Source: an uncultured Arenicella sp. (GTDB lineage: Bacteria; Pseudomonadota; Gammaproteobacteria; Arenicellales; Arenicellaceae). From it: DNA of 64,000 nucleotides. Below are positions 59,830 through 64,000 of this stretch, piece after piece. A program made the position numbers and the translations under genes. The stretch spans positions 11,675-75,674 of the forward strand of contig CALJJR010000028.1 in the NCBI GenBank assembly GCA_937973905.1. The letters are read 5' to 3'. The notes under the pieces are model-generated. The model saw only the letters and a program-made list of their open reading frames with translations, ran no database searches and was not told the DNA's origin. Each line of letters begins with the position of its first letter. The first letter of the stretch is position 1.

Positions 59830-60465
59830 CTACTTGCTGGAAATCACAGCGGCCAGTTTCGCACTGACTTTGCTGATCTCGGCGTGCGCAGTCCGCATTG
59901 AGGCTGCATTGGCAATCAATCGGCAAGAGATCTCAGCGACCACATCCTTGGCGACGAGGTTATTTGCTTTGAGCGTACTGCCAGTTTCGACGAGGTCAAC
60001 GATTTCATCGGCCAAACCCACCAGAGGAGCCAGTTCCATCGCGCCATAGAGCTTGATGATCTCAGCTTGAACGCCGTGTGCTTGGTAATATTGACGAGCC
60101 GACTTTACATACTTAGTCGCCACCCTTAAGCGACGTGAAGAACGGGGCTCTTCACTGCACGCCGCGGGCACCGCGGTCATAAGCCGACATTTGGAGATTT
60201 GCAGATCGAGCAACTCACACAAACCCTCGCCGCCGTGTTCAAGCAGACCGTCTTTCCCAACAACGCCTAAGTCCGCTGCGCCAAACTGCACATAAGTGGG
60301 TACATCAGTCGCACGAATAATGACAAATCGAATGTCGTCGTTATTAGTCGGAAAGATGAGCTTGCGGCTCGTTGCAGGATCATCCATTGGTCGCAAACCA
60401 ATTTGCTCTAGTAGTGGCAATGTTTGCTGCAGGATTCGCCCTTTTGATAGCGCAATGGTAATCAT
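59830..60465 (-). CDS. hisG: ATP phosphoribosyltransferase, short form (HisZ-dependent)
   Basis: [36 protein letters not shown]. 211 aa with no C-terminal regulatory domain. Confidence 0.96.
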   Translation of the reverse strand: MITIALSKGRILQQTLPLLEQIGLRPMDDPATSRKLIFPTNNDDIRFVIIRATDVPTYVQFGAADLGVVGKDGLLEHGGEGLCELLDLQISKCRLMTAVPAACSEEPRSSRRLRVATKYVKSARQYYQAHGVQAEIIKLYGAMELAPLVGLADEIVDLVETGSTLKANNLVAKDVVAEISCRLIANAASMRTAHAEISKVSAKLAAVISSK

Positions 60466-60485
60466 GATTGGATTCGCTGCTGCCG

Positions 60486-61799
<1,314 letters not shown>

Positions 61800-61830
61800 C
61801 TAAGAGTAGGTGTAGAGTTATCGACGTGGC

Positions 61831-62166
61831 TCAAGCCACAAGCGCCTGCTTTAGCTCGCCCGACTCATACATCTCTGTCATGATATCGCTGCCGCCAATG
61901 AACTCACCGTTCACGTAGAGTTGAGGAATGGTTGGCCAATTCGAATAGACTTTAATCCCTTCTCTGACCTCGTCATTGCTGAGTACGTCAACGGTTACAA
62001 ATTCTGTATCTAATGCCTGCAAGATCTGAATCGCGCGACCAGAAAAGCCGCATTGCGGAAAATTTGCATTCCCTTTCATAAAGAGAACCACCGGGTTTTC
62101 CGTCACGGTCTGCGTAATCATGTCTTGCATATTGGGTTGCTCATTAGCTTGCGTTTGATCGTTCAT
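61831..62166 (-). CDS. grxD: Monothiol glutaredoxin Grx4
   Basis: FMKG, CGFS, WPTIPQL, GGSD. Confidence 0.96.
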   Translation of the reverse strand: MNDQTQANEQPNMQDMITQTVTENPVVLFMKGNANFPQCGFSGRAIQILQALDTEFVTVDVLSNDEVREGIKVYSNWPTIPQLYVNGEFIGGSDIMTEMYESGELKQALVA

Positions 62167-62303
62167 AATTTTCTCGATGGATTAATTCGAAATCCGAATT
62201 TGTTTGTGTGTTCTGTAGGTCGGTATCGCGGTTGGAGGATTTACATCGGTGTATGGCGCGCAGATACAACATCGCCCTGCATCTTGGGTCGCAATTCTCC
62301 GCT

Positions 62304-62540
62304 CTACTCTGGAGCATGCTCTGTAGGAGTTAAGGTTTTCATTGACAGCGCATGCACCTCAGCTTTCATTTTGTCGCCCAACGCAGCATAAACCAGTTGA
62401 TGGCGTTGAATTCGCGTCTTTCCTGCAAATTCATCAGCCACGATAACGGCTTCAAAGTGATGGCCGTCGCCCTCGACAGAGACATCCGCATTCGCGAATC
62501 CTGTTTCAATCCAGGTTTTAAGTTGTTCAGGAGTTACCAT
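62304..62540 (-). CDS. BolA/IbaG-family protein
   Basis: GDGHHF, FAGKTRIQRHQLVY, VHALSM. Adjacent to grxD and murA. Confidence 0.93.
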   Translation of the reverse strand: MVTPEQLKTWIETGFANADVSVEGDGHHFEAVIVADEFAGKTRIQRHQLVYAALGDKMKAEVHALSMKTLTPTEHAPE

Positions 62541-62655
62541 AAGATTTTCAGCGCTTTATAAGAGCGCGAAGAATACCCCAAAGCCCGCATAACGGCTAGC
62601 TTTGAGAGCAGAAAGCCATGAGATTACCAGCCGGTTTTTCAGAACCAGCCCCAGC

Positions 62656-63420
62656 TTAAGAATCGCGTAGTTTGTAGCCACTTCGCAAAAACGAAAGAAC
62701 CACTAAAGTCAGCACAATGGCTGCGCCACTCATTGCCAGAAAACTGGTCATCACGGGCTGGTCTGACTGGCCAAAAAATCCGTATCTAAAACCATCAATC
62801 ATGTAGAAAAACGGGTTCCACTTGGTCAGAGCGTACCAAAACGGAGGTAACGAACTGATCGAATAAAAAACACCACTGAGGAATGTGAGGGGAACGATTA
62901 AAAAACTCTGGAATGCCGCGATTTGGTCAAACTTTTCAGCCCAAATTCCAGCAACCATGCCAAGCGCCCCCATAACGTAACTGCCCAAAATGGCAAACAG
63001 AATCACAATAAATATATTGTGAACCGGCACATCTACGTATAAGACCGCAAGCAAAAACACACCAACACCAACAGCTAGGCCGCGCACAATCGCAGCCCCG
63101 ACATATGCAAGAAAAAACTCGAGGTGCGAAAACGGTGGCAACATGATGAATACCAGGCTGCCCATCACCTTGGATTGGATAAGGCTAGATGAGGTATTGG
63201 CAAAGGCATTTTGAATCACCGTCATCATCATTAAGCCGGGAATCAAGAACGCCACATAGCTTACACCTGCAAATACCTCAACGCGCCCTTCAAGTACATG
63301 TCCGAATACCAGCACGTACAGCATCGAAGTAATCACCGGAGCAATCACGGTTTGCAACCAAACCTTCACAAACCGTGAAATTTCTTTGCGAAACAACGTA
63401 TAGCAAGCCACCCAGTTCAT
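62656..63420 (-). CDS. yadH: ABC-2 transporter permease (YadH-like)
   Basis: QTVIAPVIT, YVAFLIPGL, NAFANTSSS, PLTFLSGVFY, NPFFYMIDGFR. Confidence 0.88.
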   Translation of the reverse strand: MNWVACYTLFRKEISRFVKVWLQTVIAPVITSMLYVLVFGHVLEGRVEVFAGVSYVAFLIPGLMMMTVIQNAFANTSSSLIQSKVMGSLVFIMLPPFSHLEFFLAYVGAAIVRGLAVGVGVFLLAVLYVDVPVHNIFIVILFAILGSYVMGALGMVAGIWAEKFDQIAAFQSFLIVPLTFLSGVFYSISSLPPFWYALTKWNPFFYMIDGFRYGFFGQSDQPVMTSFLAMSGAAIVLTLVVLSFLRSGYKLRDS

Positions 63421-64000
63421 CGCCGCGCACCCTGTGATTCCGCTGACGAATTTCCAGTCATTTGTACAAACACATCTTCGAGACTATCGTTTACCACCGA
63501 CACATGGTCGATGGTCATTGCCGCAGCCCGGAGTCGGTCTAAAATTTCCATGATCGAGTCTTGATCTTTATGCAAGCTAAGCTCTAAAGTGCGCCCCTCC
63601 AGCTTAAGAACTTTGTCCTTCAACTCACCAGGTACAGCCGAGATGCCTTGAGTCGCGCGCACCACCAATTTGCTGCCTAATCCCCGTGCCAATAAATCAT
63701 CTTTGTCTTCTAAAGCAATGATTTGACCGTGATTAATGATCGCAATTCGGTCGCACAGCTCTTCAGCTTCTTCCAGATAGTGAGTCGTTAGAACAATCGT
63801 ATGGCCTTCGTTGTGCAGTCTTTTTACAAAACGCCACATTGATTGACGCAGTTCAACGTCAACCCCCGCTGTCGGCTCATCTAAAACCAAAACTGGCGGC
63901 TTATGAACCAACGCCTGGGCAATTAACACTCTGCGTTTCATACCACCAGAGAGTTTGCGCATATTGGTATCTTGCTTATCGGCGAGATTCAACTGTTCGA
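63417..64000 (-). CDS. yadG: ABC-2 transporter ATP-binding protein (YadG-like), 5' end outside the window
   Basis: LSGGMKRR, LDEPTAGVD, LTTHYLEEAE. The frame runs off the window edge. Confidence 0.88.
   Translation of the reverse strand, partial: EQLNLADKQDTNMRKLSGGMKRRVLIAQALVHKPPVLVLDEPTAGVDVELRQSMWRFVKRLHNEGHTIVLTTHYLEEAEELCDRIAIINHGQIIALEDKDDLLARGLGSKLVVRATQGISAVPGELKDKVLKLEGRTLELSLHKDQDSIMEILDRLRAAAMTIDHVSVVNDSLEDVFVQMTGNSSAESQGARR

Noticed and set aside
59830-60465. hisG appearing truncated
   Set aside because: This is the normal short form that works with HisZ encoded elsewhere.

Overview
A gene-dense 64 kb chromosomal window, most likely from a marine heterotrophic gammaproteobacterium (inferred from the petABC-sspAB, hslVU and murA-hisG-hisD gene order). 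The right end is core genome (yadGH, bolA, grxD, murA, hisG, hisD, rep, petABC, sspAB, hslVU). The left and middle carry a Fur-boxed Fe(III) ABC transporter with an extra His-rich lipoprotein, a degraded membrane-type AraC pseudogene, moxR-vWA, kbl-tdh with a long PLP lyase, exported peptidases beside a POT transporter, and a patchwork accessory block flanked by a split histidine kinase/NarL pair. The best candidate for an undescribed system is 46865-50270. There an OleA-like condensing enzyme without oleBCD is followed on the same strand by a 7TM membrane protein fused directly to a Fis-type HTH, and both lie divergent from a PA3286-type KAS III. This may be a lipid-signal synthase/one-component receptor pair. 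About eight genes also show a -10 box 5-7 nt upstream of the ATG with no clear Shine-Dalgarno, suggesting frequent leaderless mRNAs. I saw no rRNA, tRNA, CRISPR array or transposase. All family calls come from motif recognition by eye, not database searches.
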